IMG/VR virus record: IMGVR_UViG_2778260947_000001
Location: 1 to 28,771 of that record
Strand: one strand, 5' to 3'
Source: a virus
Length of the DNA stretch: 28,771 bases
The notes under the pieces are model-generated. The model saw nothing but the letters and a program-made list of their open reading frames with translations, had not been told where the DNA came from and did not search any database. This document shows positions 8,646 through 17,681 of this stretch, in pieces. Made by a program: the position numbers and the translations under genes. The stretch's first letter is position 1; each line of letters begins with the position of its first letter.

Positions 8646-10436
8646 ATGAGTACACAGGAGAAGCGTCACTTCACCAAGCACGTCGCCATCAAGGCGATCG
8701 ACGAGGAGGAGCAGACCGCCACCGGGATCGTCTTGACGCCCTACGAGCTGGACCATCAACTCGACTTCGTCTACCCGGACGGAGTCGGGGCGATGTACAA
8801 CCCTGATCCAGACGATGGCGTCCTCCACGCTCGGTTCCCCGACGATGCGGCGGAGCTCGAGTTCAACGAGGTCCTCGCCGAGGATCAGGAGATCGACGGC
8901 GTGCAGTTCGAAGCCGGCGACTGGGTCGTACGGCGCAAGTATCACGATGACGAACTGTGGTCGTTCGTCGGCGAGGTCCTTCACGGGTTCTCCATCGGTG
9001 GCGACGTCACCGAGGCCGACGAGTTCGACTCGATCGACGATCTCCCGGACGAGGTCGAGATCCCGGACAGCGTCGACCCGGACTCGGTTCCGGACAAGTA
9101 CTGGCCGCCGGCGGGGATCCGTAACGGGGCCACGACGGAGATCTCCGACGTCGACATCCCGGCGGTGACGTCGGCGGTCTACGCCACAAAGTCGGCCGGC
9201 GGCTCCCTCGAGAAGAACCTCTACGAGAACGCCGATGATCGCGAGGACTTCGTCGAGACGATGTCGAATCGCGGTGCTCCCGAAGACACCGCGGGCGAAC
9301 TCTGGGACTACCTGGAGCAGCTGGAGAAGACGGCTCCCGACGGCGCCGTCGCGAAGTTCTTCGCTGACGCCGAGAAGGCGGAGGAGATCATCGACCAAGA
9401 GAGTCAGCAACCAGACATGGAAGACAGCAACCCACCCGACGACGAGCCCGACGACGCCACGAAGTGGCGGCGGTTCAAGTCGTGGCTGAAAGGGTCGGAC
9501 TCCGATGTCGCCGATGCCGATGACGGCGTAAGTCCCGCGGACGGGCAGTCCGAGGTCTCGGCGGGGACGTTCTCGAAGGCGATCGACGTCGCCCGGGACG
9601 TCTCGAAGGAGGGCCGCACCCTCAACGCCCAGAACCGCGAGGCGTTGATGGCAGCCCACGACGCGATCGAGGCGGCGCTCGAGTCGGAACTCGACTTCGA
9701 GGGGAACCGATTTACAGACGACGACAAGACGGACTTCGACATCGCTCAGTTCGGCGGCTCCAGCGAGGGCGGCGACGATGGCGATGGCACTGAGAAGTCT
9801 CGACCGACCGAGAAGCTCACCGAAGAGCAGGGCGAGCTCGTCCTCGGCGCACTCCAGCGATTCGTGGACAACCAGGGCGAAGCGCCCTTCTCCGACTTCC
9901 GGTCCTGGGTCTGGTCGACAGACATCCTCGACGACGATACGGCGTTCGCGGCCGACGAGGCCGCACACCAGTACCGCGAGTGGGTCCGCGAGCAGCGCGA
10001 TCAGACTCCGGTCACCGAGGACTTCCTCGACTGGGTCCAGAGCGAGAGCGACACCGACACCGAGATCACCATGAGCAAGGATACCGACAACGACACGGAG
10101 AGCGAGGACGAGAAGAGCCTCGCCGAACAGAACGCAGAGGCGATCGACGAACTGACGGACACCGTCAAGGACCTCACCGACGAGATCTCCGACGGCGGAG
10201 AAGGCGACTCGGAGAAGTCCGCCGGCGGCGACGGCGGCGAAGAGGAGGGTGAGGCAGACGAGAAGTCCCAGGCTGAGAAGAACGCCGAAGCGATCAACGA
10301 ACTCGCCCAGTCGGTCAAGAGCCTGGCGGAGGCATCTGGCCACAGCCAGCAGCTGGACTACGACGGCGAGACCGAGAAGGACGCCGACGGCGAGCCCGAC
10401 GAGGGCGAAGTCAAGAAGGCGTTCCTCGGTCTGTAA
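8646..10436 (+). CDS. Prohead protease (XkdF-like) fused to an acidic scaffold region
   Basis: N-terminal KAIDEEEQTATGIVL..P...D and GDWV...GFSIGG resemble XkdF-type proteases. Acidic C-terminus carries two coiled-coil repeats (EKSLAEQNAEAIDEL / EKSQAEKNAEAINEL). Directly precedes the MCP gene. Confidence 0.8.
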   Translation: MSTQEKRHFTKHVAIKAIDEEEQTATGIVLTPYELDHQLDFVYPDGVGAMYNPDPDDGVLHARFPDDAAELEFNEVLAEDQEIDGVQFEAGDWVVRRKYHDDELWSFVGEVLHGFSIGGDVTEADEFDSIDDLPDEVEIPDSVDPDSVPDKYWPPAGIRNGATTEISDVDIPAVTSAVYATKSAGGSLEKNLYENADDREDFVETMSNRGAPEDTAGELWDYLEQLEKTAPDGAVAKFFADAEKAEEIIDQESQQPDMEDSNPPDDEPDDATKWRRFKSWLKGSDSDVADADDGVSPADGQSEVSAGTFSKAIDVARDVSKEGRTLNAQNREALMAAHDAIEAALESELDFEGNRFTDDDKTDFDIAQFGGSSEGGDDGDGTEKSRPTEKLTEEQGELVLGALQRFVDNQGEAPFSDFRSWVWSTDILDDDTAFAADEAAHQYREWVREQRDQTPVTEDFLDWVQSESDTDTEITMSKDTDNDTESEDEKSLAEQNAEAIDELTDTVKDLTDEISDGGEGDSEKSAGGDGGEEEGEADEKSQAEKNAEAINELAQSVKSLAEASGHSQQLDYDGETEKDADGEPDEGEVKKAFLGL

Positions 10437-10476
10437 GGCGAGTCAACTGCACACCCATTAGCAATCTGAGATTTCC

Positions 10477-11439
10477 ATGGCATCCAGAACCATCGACAAC
10501 GACCTGAGTAGCATCACTGAGAAGAACGCACTGACCGTCTCGGATCTCGATGCGGGCGGCACGCTTCCCGATCCGCTCTGGGACGAGTTCTGGACGGACC
10601 TGACCGAGGAGACGCCGCTCCTCGACGCCGTCCGGACGGAGACCGTCGGTGCGAAGAAGACGCGCATCCCGCGCCTGAACATCGGCGAGCGCCACCGCCG
10701 ACCGCAGTCCGAAGGGCAGTGGAACCAGAACGAGGTCGACATCTCCACTGGCCACATCGAGATCAACACCGAGAAGGGGACCGTCGCGTGGGACCTCCCG
10801 ACCGAGGTCGTGCGCGAAAACCCCGAGGGCGAGGCACTCGCGGACACGATCCTCAACCTGATGACCGACGCCTGGTCGGCCGACGTCGAGGACCTCGGCG
10901 CGAACGGCGACGAGTCGGTCGCAGACAACTTCGAGAGTCAGAACAACGGCTGGATCACCCTGGCGCAGGGCGAGGCCACGACCATCGATGCTGCTGGCAA
11001 CATCCTCGACAACGACATGGTCGTCAGCACGATCGCGGGCCTCGACTCCAAGTACCGGTCGCGGATGAACCCGGCGCTCATCGTCTCCCAGGACCAGCTC
11101 CTCAGCTACCACTACACGCTGACGGATCGCGACACGCCTCTCGGGGACAACGTCCTGATGGGCGAGGCGGACGTCAACCCGTTCAACTTCCCCATCATCG
11201 GCAGTGGCCTCTGGCCCGATGGCTACGCGATGTTCACCGACCCGCAGAACCTCATCTACGCGCTGTACCGCGAGCTCGAGATCGACGTCCTCACCGAGTC
11301 CGACAAGGTGAGCGAGCGCGATCTCTACGCCCGGTACTTCATGCGCGGCGACGACGACTTCCAGATCGAGAACACCGACGCGGCCGTTCTCGTCGAGAAC
11401 ATGGGAGACCCGCTCGCGAACATCAACTTCACGGCCTAA
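10477..11439 (+). CDS. Major capsid protein (HK97 fold)
   Basis: 320 aa, position after protease/scaffold. N-terminus MASRTIDNDLSSITEKNALTVSDLDAGGTLPDPLWDEFW closely resembles the phiCh1 capsid protein as I recall it. Confidence 0.92.
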   Translation: MASRTIDNDLSSITEKNALTVSDLDAGGTLPDPLWDEFWTDLTEETPLLDAVRTETVGAKKTRIPRLNIGERHRRPQSEGQWNQNEVDISTGHIEINTEKGTVAWDLPTEVVRENPEGEALADTILNLMTDAWSADVEDLGANGDESVADNFESQNNGWITLAQGEATTIDAAGNILDNDMVVSTIAGLDSKYRSRMNPALIVSQDQLLSYHYTLTDRDTPLGDNVLMGEADVNPFNFPIIGSGLWPDGYAMFTDPQNLIYALYRELEIDVLTESDKVSERDLYARYFMRGDDDFQIENTDAAVLVENMGDPLANINFTA

Positions 11440-11448
11440 CGGTGATGG

Positions 11449-11904
11449 ATGATGTCTGAACGCACCATCCGTCATCGAGAAGATGGCCCGCGGAGGTTCA
11501 CCCGACTCGGCGTCGATATCGACACCGAGCCAGGCGATGAGGTCACCGTCGACGGCGACGTGGCCACGGACCTCGTCGAGGGCCAGGAGTACTTCGAGTA
11601 CGTCGACGGGTCTGGTACCGCTGGCGACAGCGGGGCCGAGGACTCGAGCGATGACGGCTCGACCGAGTCGGAGTCGACATCCGACGGGGAGCCAGACGCT
11701 GACGACGGCGGCAGCAGCGGCAACGACGGGTACGAGTTCGCCGGCGAGGACGCGTGGTTCGACGACCACGACGACTACCAAGCGCGCATCGAGCGCGTGG
11801 AGTCTGGCGACGTTGACGACCACCTCGACACGATCGCCAACATCGAAACGAGCGATCAGGTGAAGGACGCGATCGGCGTCCGACGCGCCGAGATCGAGGG
11901 GTAA
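11449..11904 (+). CDS. Hypothetical virion-associated protein with an acidic low-complexity linker
   Basis: 151 aa; two small domains joined by an S/D/G/E linker; follows the MCP gene. Confidence 0.75.
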   Translation: MMSERTIRHREDGPRRFTRLGVDIDTEPGDEVTVDGDVATDLVEGQEYFEYVDGSGTAGDSGAEDSSDDGSTESESTSDGEPDADDGGSSGNDGYEFAGEDAWFDDHDDYQARIERVESGDVDDHLDTIANIETSDQVKDAIGVRRAEIEG

Positions 11905-11910
11905 ACTCCC

Positions 11911-12513
11911 ATGCCGCTCCAGCCTGACGAGGTCACCTCCGAACTCCCGTTCGATGCCGACGCGTTCGGCATGACCGAGGCGGACTTCAACAGCGAGCTG
12001 GAGTCGTACATCGCGACAGCCGCAGAGCGCGTCGAAGACTGGCTCGCCGTCTCGCTCGAACCGAAGACGGCGACGGAAACGCTCTCCCGACCGTCGCATG
12101 TCGATGACCACGACCTGCCACTACCCAGACGGCCGGTCCAGCAGGTCGCCTCAGTGTCGATCGACACCGACCGAGTGAGTGGCGGCGACGTCGAGCCGGA
12201 CGACTACTGGGTCGAGGAGACGCACCTGGAGCTGAAGCCCGACGCGAACCGCGACGCCTGGCCAACGGATCGGCGGTCGGTCACCGTCGAGTGGACGCAC
12301 GGTCTCGAGGAGATCCCCGAGGGCGTGAAGAAGGCGATCATCCGGCTGGTTCGGGCTCGACTCCGGGCGATCACGGCGGACGGCATCTCGTCCGACACGA
12401 TCATGGGGGACTCGATCTCCTACGAGCCGGAGGAGAAGGTCGTCCGTCGCGCCCGAGGCGACGCTACTGGCTACGAGGCGCCATCCTACTACGGGGGTGC
12501 AGCCTCGGTATGA
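11911..12513 (+). CDS. Head-tail connector/adaptor (gp6-like)
   Basis: Helical N-terminus (LESYIATAAERVEDWL), beta-rich insert, then VEWTHG..IPEGVKKAIIRLV; position after the MCP. Confidence 0.8.
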   Translation: MPLQPDEVTSELPFDADAFGMTEADFNSELESYIATAAERVEDWLAVSLEPKTATETLSRPSHVDDHDLPLPRRPVQQVASVSIDTDRVSGGDVEPDDYWVEETHLELKPDANRDAWPTDRRSVTVEWTHGLEEIPEGVKKAIIRLVRARLRAITADGISSDTIMGDSISYEPEEKVVRRARGDATGYEAPSYYGGAASV

Positions 12514-12887
12514 GCTTCCCGTCCGCACCGGCGAAGGCTCGCCAGCGGCTCCAGATGCACGGCTCCGACATCACCATCCAACACTACAAGATCGAGGATG
12601 GTGGCTCCCGCGGCAGTCGACCGGTCGAGTCCGAACAGCAAACCGTCAAGGCGTACGTCCAGGACAAGTCGGCGTCGACGAACCTGCACGAGCTGCTCGG
12701 TCGCGAACTCTCGATCGACGTCCGGTTCCGCGTCCTCGAAGCGGCGATGCACGATGACCTCCGCGACGGTGGTCACGATGGCGCGTCACGAGTGACCTAC
12801 CGCGAGCGGACGTACGTCGTCGAGCACGTCGAGGATGAGGGCGATGGAACGCTGACGCTTCACTGCTCAACCTGGGAATCAGACTAA
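12510..12887 (+). CDS. Probable head closure/stopper protein
   Basis: Start reassigned to ATG 12510 (ATGA overlap); 125 aa, beta-rich, ending RTYVVEHV...TLTLHC. Confidence 0.65.
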   Translation: MSFPSAPAKARQRLQMHGSDITIQHYKIEDGGSRGSRPVESEQQTVKAYVQDKSASTNLHELLGRELSIDVRFRVLEAAMHDDLRDGGHDGASRVTYRERTYVVEHVEDEGDGTLTLHCSTWESD

Positions 12888-12888
12888 G

Positions 12889-13170
12889 ATGATCGACAAC
12901 TACGACGACCGCAACCGCGAGAAGACGCTCGACGCGGTCAGCGACTTCTCCGCCGAGCAGCTCAAGGCGTTCATCGAGTTCGAGAAGGCGCACAAGAACC
13001 GGAAGACGGTGGTCGAGCCACTCGAAAGAGAGCTGATGACGGTGACGTCGGCCGGCCGCAACTACGTCGCTGGGCTCTGGTTCGACTCCGTCGACGAAGA
13101 GAAGATCGTGCGCGAGTCGCGCCGCATCGAGCAGGCGATCGACGCCGGCGATCTCGAGGTGGTCGGCTGA
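12889..13170 (+). CDS. Hypothetical protein in the neck module
   Basis: 93 aa containing the EKAHKNRKTVV motif typical of small haloviral virion proteins; operon-coupled. Confidence 0.7.
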   Translation: MIDNYDDRNREKTLDAVSDFSAEQLKAFIEFEKAHKNRKTVVEPLERELMTVTSAGRNYVAGLWFDSVDEEKIVRESRRIEQAIDAGDLEVVG

Positions 13171-13604
13171 TGGTCGAGGACAAAAACAACCTCCCCGAGG
13201 CGAAGGAGGCGCTCGATGAGGGGCTGGCCGACGGGATCGAGAAGCTCCACCGGCTCTGCCTGCGACGGTTGATCAGGAATATGAGCAACGGGAAAGACGC
13301 GCTCGGAAACTCCTGGGAGCCGTTGAAGGAGTCGACGATCCAGGCCAAAGGCTCGGATACACCACTGATCGACAGCTCTCGACTCCTCACGAACATCAAC
13401 GTTGCGTCGGAGATGAACCGGAAGACCAAGACCTCGATCATCGGGACGAATCTGGACTACGCCAAGCATCACGAGTACGGTGCCCCAGAAGCCGGGATCC
13501 CCCGGCGACCGATCTTCGGTCCCGTAGCTCGCTTGGCGGGCAAGAAGGCACCCGAGGTACTCGGCGAAGAGATCGGGCTGAAACTCGACGAGGCGGAGGT
13601 CTGA
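13170..13604 (+). CDS. Virion morphogenesis / tail completion protein (Mu gpG / HK97 gp10-like)
   Basis: WEPLKEST..K...PLIDS..L...GTNLDYAKHHEYGAPEAGIPRRPIF signature. Confidence 0.85.
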   Translation: MVEDKNNLPEAKEALDEGLADGIEKLHRLCLRRLIRNMSNGKDALGNSWEPLKESTIQAKGSDTPLIDSSRLLTNINVASEMNRKTKTSIIGTNLDYAKHHEYGAPEAGIPRRPIFGPVARLAGKKAPEVLGEEIGLKLDEAEV

Positions 13605-13610
13605 TCGGCG

Positions 13611-14207
13611 ATGCTGACAACTGCCGAGGAGGATCGGCTTGAGGCCAGCTTCCCGCTCAAGGGACTCACTGTCGATTACGAGGGCGGGTCGTACACGTAC
13701 GACCTCACACCATTCTGGAGTGGCGGTGACGATGCGGGCGATGATGCGACCGCCGACCCAGACTACCCGGCGCTCGTGTTCGGGTGGGATGCCCAGTCCG
13801 AGCCTGCTCCCGAACGCCAGCCCGTCGACAACGTCGCGTCGATCGACAATCCCACCGACGTTCCAGAGTACCGCGAGACAGAGACCGCCGAGGTCTACGA
13901 CGAGCTGTCGGTGACCGTCGCAGTCGAGGCAGCTCACGACGCCAACGGCGTGCCGCCACAGGTTCGAGGCAGTCAACTTGCCCGGCACCTGTGGCGGTTC
14001 ACCGAGCATGACCTCGACCTGAACAGCGTCGGTCCAGATGGCGAGCGTCCGATGCGCGTCGACGTCCAGAGCGGGCCGACGCCGAGTCGCGTCAAGCTGA
14101 CATACCGCCTGGAGTGGGCACTCCGGCTTCACCACTCGGAGACCAAGGAGACCGTCTACGATACGGTTGAGAGCGTCGGCGTCGAGGCTGAACAGACACG
14201 AGACTAA
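13611..14207 (+). CDS. Probable tail terminator protein
   Basis: 198 aa; called mainly from position directly before the sheath gene. Confidence 0.6.
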   Translation: MLTTAEEDRLEASFPLKGLTVDYEGGSYTYDLTPFWSGGDDAGDDATADPDYPALVFGWDAQSEPAPERQPVDNVASIDNPTDVPEYRETETAEVYDELSVTVAVEAAHDANGVPPQVRGSQLARHLWRFTEHDLDLNSVGPDGERPMRVDVQSGPTPSRVKLTYRLEWALRLHHSETKETVYDTVESVGVEAEQTRD

Positions 14208-14227
14208 CACCCAACGAACGAACACAC

Positions 14228-15526
14228 ATGACGACAGTTTCACCGGTCGAAATCGACGTTTCGGCAGAGACCGCTGCACTTCCCCAGGAGACCTTCACCG
14301 ATGTCGCGGTGATCGGGACGGCCGCGAATGCACCGCCCGATGCCGCCTTCGGCGAGGTCAACCGCTACGGAAGCGCAGCCGAGGTAGCAAACGACTACGG
14401 CGACGGATCAGATGTCCATGTCGCCTCCCAGGCCGTCGCCGAAAACGGCGCGGACTTCTGGTACGTCCTCGTCCTCGAGCAGACCGAGGTCGTCGACGAG
14501 AACGTCGACGATGGCAACACCGTCGCGAACACGCCGATCCACGGCAAGGTCGGCGTCTCCGCAGACGCGCGGGATGTCGTCTACACGGCTGACGATCCCG
14601 TCGCAGCGCCGGCGGAGGGTGAGGTCGCGGTCAACACCGCGACCGGCGAGATCTCCACCGGCGACGGAACCGCGGCCACGTTGACGTACTCCCACGTCGA
14701 CTGGAGCGGGCTGGTAGAGCTCGAGTATCACGGCGTCAACCGCGCCCATCTCGCGGACACGCGAGCCGGCCGTGAAGACATCGGGGACTACGACGAGTTC
14801 GTCGCCTGGGCCGCATCTGCCCGCGTCGGCGTCCCGCTCCCGATCGAGGACCCGCGGCAGTACGAGAGCGACGAAGAGGCGATGGCCGTTGCTCACGACG
14901 TCGCCGGCTACGTCCCCGGCGGTCATGTCCTCGGGATCACCGCAAAGGCCAGCGGCGACGTCGGAGCCCACCAGCTGGGCAAGATGGCCGTGAACGATCC
15001 CTGGCGGGACTTCCACATGGACGGCGAGGGGTACCCCTTCGCGATCGACGGCATCAGGGGCAGCCTCATCGGGAACCCTGGCGTAAACGACACGTTCGTC
15101 GGCGGTGACGCCGACGGCAACGGGCCGACCAACGTGGTCGTCTCGATCGAGGGGACGAACACGCTCTGGCGAAGCGTCTCGACGGCTGGCGCTTCGAGCG
15201 ATTATCAGTTCTTCGACGTGAAGATGACCGAGGACTTCGCGATCTCGGTCATCCAGAACGCGCTGATCAGCCGGCAGCTGAACCGGGATCAGATCCCGTT
15301 CACTGAGGATGGCCAGTCCATGATCGAGGACGCCATCATCGGTGGGCTCAACCAGTACGTCGGCGGACCTGACGATCCCTTCGCCGAGGCTGACATCACG
15401 GTCCCAGCGCCCGAGGATGTCCCCGAGGACGACCGGGCCAACCGCCAGTGGACCGGCATCCAGCTCGACTACCGACTGACCGGCAGCGCCCAGACGTTCG
15501 GCGTCCAGATGACGCTTAGCGTTTGA
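14228..15526 (+). CDS. Contractile tail sheath protein
   Basis: 432 aa; sheath-type C-terminus (QIPFTEDGQSMIEDAI...EDDRANRQWTGIQLDYRLTG). Confidence 0.9.
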   Translation: MTTVSPVEIDVSAETAALPQETFTDVAVIGTAANAPPDAAFGEVNRYGSAAEVANDYGDGSDVHVASQAVAENGADFWYVLVLEQTEVVDENVDDGNTVANTPIHGKVGVSADARDVVYTADDPVAAPAEGEVAVNTATGEISTGDGTAATLTYSHVDWSGLVELEYHGVNRAHLADTRAGREDIGDYDEFVAWAASARVGVPLPIEDPRQYESDEEAMAVAHDVAGYVPGGHVLGITAKASGDVGAHQLGKMAVNDPWRDFHMDGEGYPFAIDGIRGSLIGNPGVNDTFVGGDADGNGPTNVVVSIEGTNTLWRSVSTAGASSDYQFFDVKMTEDFAISVIQNALISRQLNRDQIPFTEDGQSMIEDAIIGGLNQYVGGPDDPFAEADITVPAPEDVPEDDRANRQWTGIQLDYRLTGSAQTFGVQMTLSV

Positions 15527-15574
15527 GCGTTCCAGCCCCATCCTGACAACTAACCAACCACGAGGTACACAAAA

Positions 15575-15970
15575 ATGTCACAATACGACAAGAGCGAAGT
15601 CACGATTCTCGTCGACGGCGTGCGGGTCGAGCAGCTGAAGAACTTCGACCCGCCGGAGGAGTCCTACGAACGCGAGTTCAACGCTACGGTCGGCGATGAC
15701 GACGACGTCCTGCTCGCAGACAGCGACCCCGAACTCGAAGGAGAGATCGAGGTCTCCCCGACGTCGGGCACGATCCCAACACTCAACAGCCTGACCGAGT
15801 CCGGGAACGAAACCACGATCACGGTGCGGTTCCCGTCGGCCGACGCTCGGGACAGCGAGACGTACGTCCGGGTCGTCTTCACGAACAAGGCGTACGCGAA
15901 CAGCTTCGACGACGACAACACGTCCCCGCCGAACCGGACGTACACCTTCATCGCCAACGACACCCAGTAA
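15575..15970 (+). CDS. Tail tube protein
   Basis: 131 aa, beta-rich, directly after the sheath gene; ends NRTYTFIA. Confidence 0.85.
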   Translation: MSQYDKSEVTILVDGVRVEQLKNFDPPEESYEREFNATVGDDDDVLLADSDPELEGEIEVSPTSGTIPTLNSLTESGNETTITVRFPSADARDSETYVRVVFTNKAYANSFDDDNTSPPNRTYTFIANDTQ

Positions 15971-15973
15971 CCC

Positions 15974-16375
15974 ATGAGCGATGAAATCGACATCCAAGAG
16001 CTTGAGGAACAGGACTGGGACGTCAGCGACGACGACCCCCGCGAAGAGATCGAGTACGAGTTTCTGAACGGAAACACGAAGCGGTTCCTCGTCCAGGACC
16101 CTGACACGAACAACCTGCTCGACATCGTCGCGGTCGAGCCGGGGGAGGACGGGGATATCGCGGAGAACCTCTACGAGATCGTCAGCGCCGCGGTGGTCGC
16201 CCCCGAGATAACGCTGGAGCGGTGGCAGGAGGTGCGCCCCGCAGACCGGATCGGCCTTGCCGACGAGGTGGCTGAGGTCATCGGTCTAAACAAGCTGCTG
16301 GGGTTTACCGACGCTGGGCTCGAAGCCCAGCTGGACGACTCACAGTTAGAATCGCTCGAGAGTGGGGCCTCCTGA
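15974..16375 (+). CDS. Tail assembly chaperone (gpG-like)
   Basis: 133 aa acidic protein between tube and tape measure genes. Confidence 0.8.
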   Translation: MSDEIDIQELEEQDWDVSDDDPREEIEYEFLNGNTKRFLVQDPDTNNLLDIVAVEPGEDGDIAENLYEIVSAAVVAPEITLERWQEVRPADRIGLADEVAEVIGLNKLLGFTDAGLEAQLDDSQLESLESGAS

Positions 16376-16524
16376 TCGAAGAGGTCGACGCCTGGCCCTG
16401 GGAGAAGAAGCTGTTCTACGGCATCTGTCTCGCAGAATCCAACCCGGATCAGAGCGACGCCCGCGAGTTCGACATCGACGACTTCGCCGACATGGACGGA
16501 GTTCCGGACAAGTACCGCCCATAG
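16300..16524 (+). CDS. -1 frame extension of the tail chaperone (gpT-like part of a gpGT fusion)
   Basis: Frame open from 16276 to TAG 16522-16524 with no early ATG/GTG. Encodes ...RIAREWGLLIEEVDAWPWEKKLFYGICLAE...KYRP with host-like codon usage. Confidence 0.7.
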   Translation, partial: GVYRRWARSPAGRLTVRIAREWGLLIEEVDAWPWEKKLFYGICLAESNPDQSDAREFDIDDFADMDGVPDKYRP

Positions 16525-16555
16525 CAAGATCACTTCCACCATGGTTGGCTCGGTG

Positions 16556-16561
16556 TTTTAA
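16556..16561 (+). promoter_or_regulatory. Putative TATA box for the HNH gene
   Basis: TTTTAA about 30 nt upstream of ATG 16591, consistent with a near-leaderless haloarchaeal transcript. Confidence 0.4.
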
Positions 16562-16590
16562 CCTAGGAAACGTGACTGTTGGATAACGCG

Positions 16591-17427
16591 ATGCGATCCG
16601 AAGGAGATCACAAGTGTCCGGAATGTGGTGAGGTATTCGGGAACCACCAATCCATGAGTAGTCATCATGCTGCTCTCCACGGCGGACCGCCATTCACGAG
16701 TGAATGTAGTGCAAAATACTGCAATGTGGAGTACTCAACCCCTCCTTCCCAGGATCAAAAGAATATCAAATACTGTTCACAAGAGTGTCGAGTATCTGGA
16801 CCATGGCGAGACGAACAGATGATGGAATTACTCTATATATTGAGAGACATGTCCGCTTCTGAGATCGGAGACTATCTTGGTTGCTCAGGGCAGACGGTTT
16901 GGCGATGGCTGAAAAAGCACGGTATCGAGACTCGAGGGGTGAATGAGGCGAAGTACACGCGTCTCAGCTCAAAGGATTGGTTGGTGGAAACTTACGTCGA
17001 GAAAAATATGACCTCTGGAGAGATAGCAGAGTGGATTGGATGCCCAAGCAGTCTCGTGTGGGAGTGGTGCCAAAAGCATGGCATCGACTGCGAGGAGAAC
17101 GGATCTTGGCCACGTGGCGAAGATCACCACCTGTACAAGGATGGTGATAACAACTACGGTAAAGGTTGGGATGTGGAGAAAAAAGAACGAGTCAGAGAAA
17201 GAGATGGTCGTGAATGCCAGCACTGTGGCCGTGATGAACAAGAGCACATCAAGCTCTTCGGGACGAAACACGTCGTCCACCACATAGACCCAGCCAGATC
17301 CGTCGCCGATCCTGAAGAGCGAAACGCGATGAAAAACTTGGTTACACTCTGCCGAGGCGACTGTCATCAAAGCTGGGAGAAAATGGCCCCACTCCGACCC
17401 GACACTACCACATTTACTACCACCTAA
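16591..17427 (+). CDS. Free-standing HNH homing-type endonuclease with C2H2 zinc finger and HTH repeats
   Basis: CPECGEVF...SHHAALH (C2H2), CSQEC, two ASEIGDYLGCS/SGEIAEWIGCP HTH repeats, and C-terminal CQHC...VVHHIDP...NLVTLCRGDCH. GC is lower than in the flanks. Confidence 0.88.
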   Translation: MRSEGDHKCPECGEVFGNHQSMSSHHAALHGGPPFTSECSAKYCNVEYSTPPSQDQKNIKYCSQECRVSGPWRDEQMMELLYILRDMSASEIGDYLGCSGQTVWRWLKKHGIETRGVNEAKYTRLSSKDWLVETYVEKNMTSGEIAEWIGCPSSLVWEWCQKHGIDCEENGSWPRGEDHHLYKDGDNNYGKGWDVEKKERVRERDGRECQHCGRDEQEHIKLFGTKHVVHHIDPARSVADPEERNAMKNLVTLCRGDCHQSWEKMAPLRPDTTTFTTT

Positions 17428-17460
17428 GTCTGACTCAGTAGCACTGATATTCGGCGAGGA

Positions 17461-17634
17461 TCACTCAATAGGGCGCTCGAAAATAAGTGATACAGTCGTC
17501 CCACCTGAATCGATTCTATCGACCAGCTGCCATCCTTCTTTGGCTTGTTGATTGAGTTGTTTTCCGACACTTTCGGCAGACGGTAGAGACTCGATGTCAA
17601 CAACGCGGTACTCGTATCGACGATCCTGTGGCAT
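17461..17634 (-). CDS. DUF4177-like small protein
   Basis: MPQDRRYEYRVVD...QLNQQAKEGWQLV matches the DUF4177 pattern YEYKVV...LN..G.EGWELV; start reassigned to ATG 17634. Confidence 0.8.
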   Translation of the reverse strand: MPQDRRYEYRVVDIESLPSAESVGKQLNQQAKEGWQLVDRIDSGGTTVSLIFERPIE

Positions 17635-17659
17635 AGCCCACAGTTGACCGCAATACAAA

Positions 17660-17665
17660 ATAAAA
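17660..17665 (-). promoter_or_regulatory. Putative TATA box for the leaderless DUF4177-like transcript
   Basis: TTTTAT on the minus strand 26-31 nt upstream of the ATG, in an AT-rich gap. Confidence 0.5.
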
Positions 17666-17681
17666 CATACTGACAAAAACG

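Noticed and set aside
3423-14279. Many long minus-strand ORFs (e.g. 3423-4844, 5732-7537, 8544-10343, 10411-12111, 13062-14279, and likewise 14408-15541)
   Set aside because: They are shadow frames of GC-rich, GAC/GAG-rich plus-strand genes. They overlap confident genes completely and show no motifs.
16346-16693. ORF-track calls 16346-16693 and 16362-16586 as genes downstream of the chaperone
   Set aside because: Both have Arg/Pro-rich, non-acidic composition. The third frame (ending at 16524) has host-like codons and is the credible coding frame.
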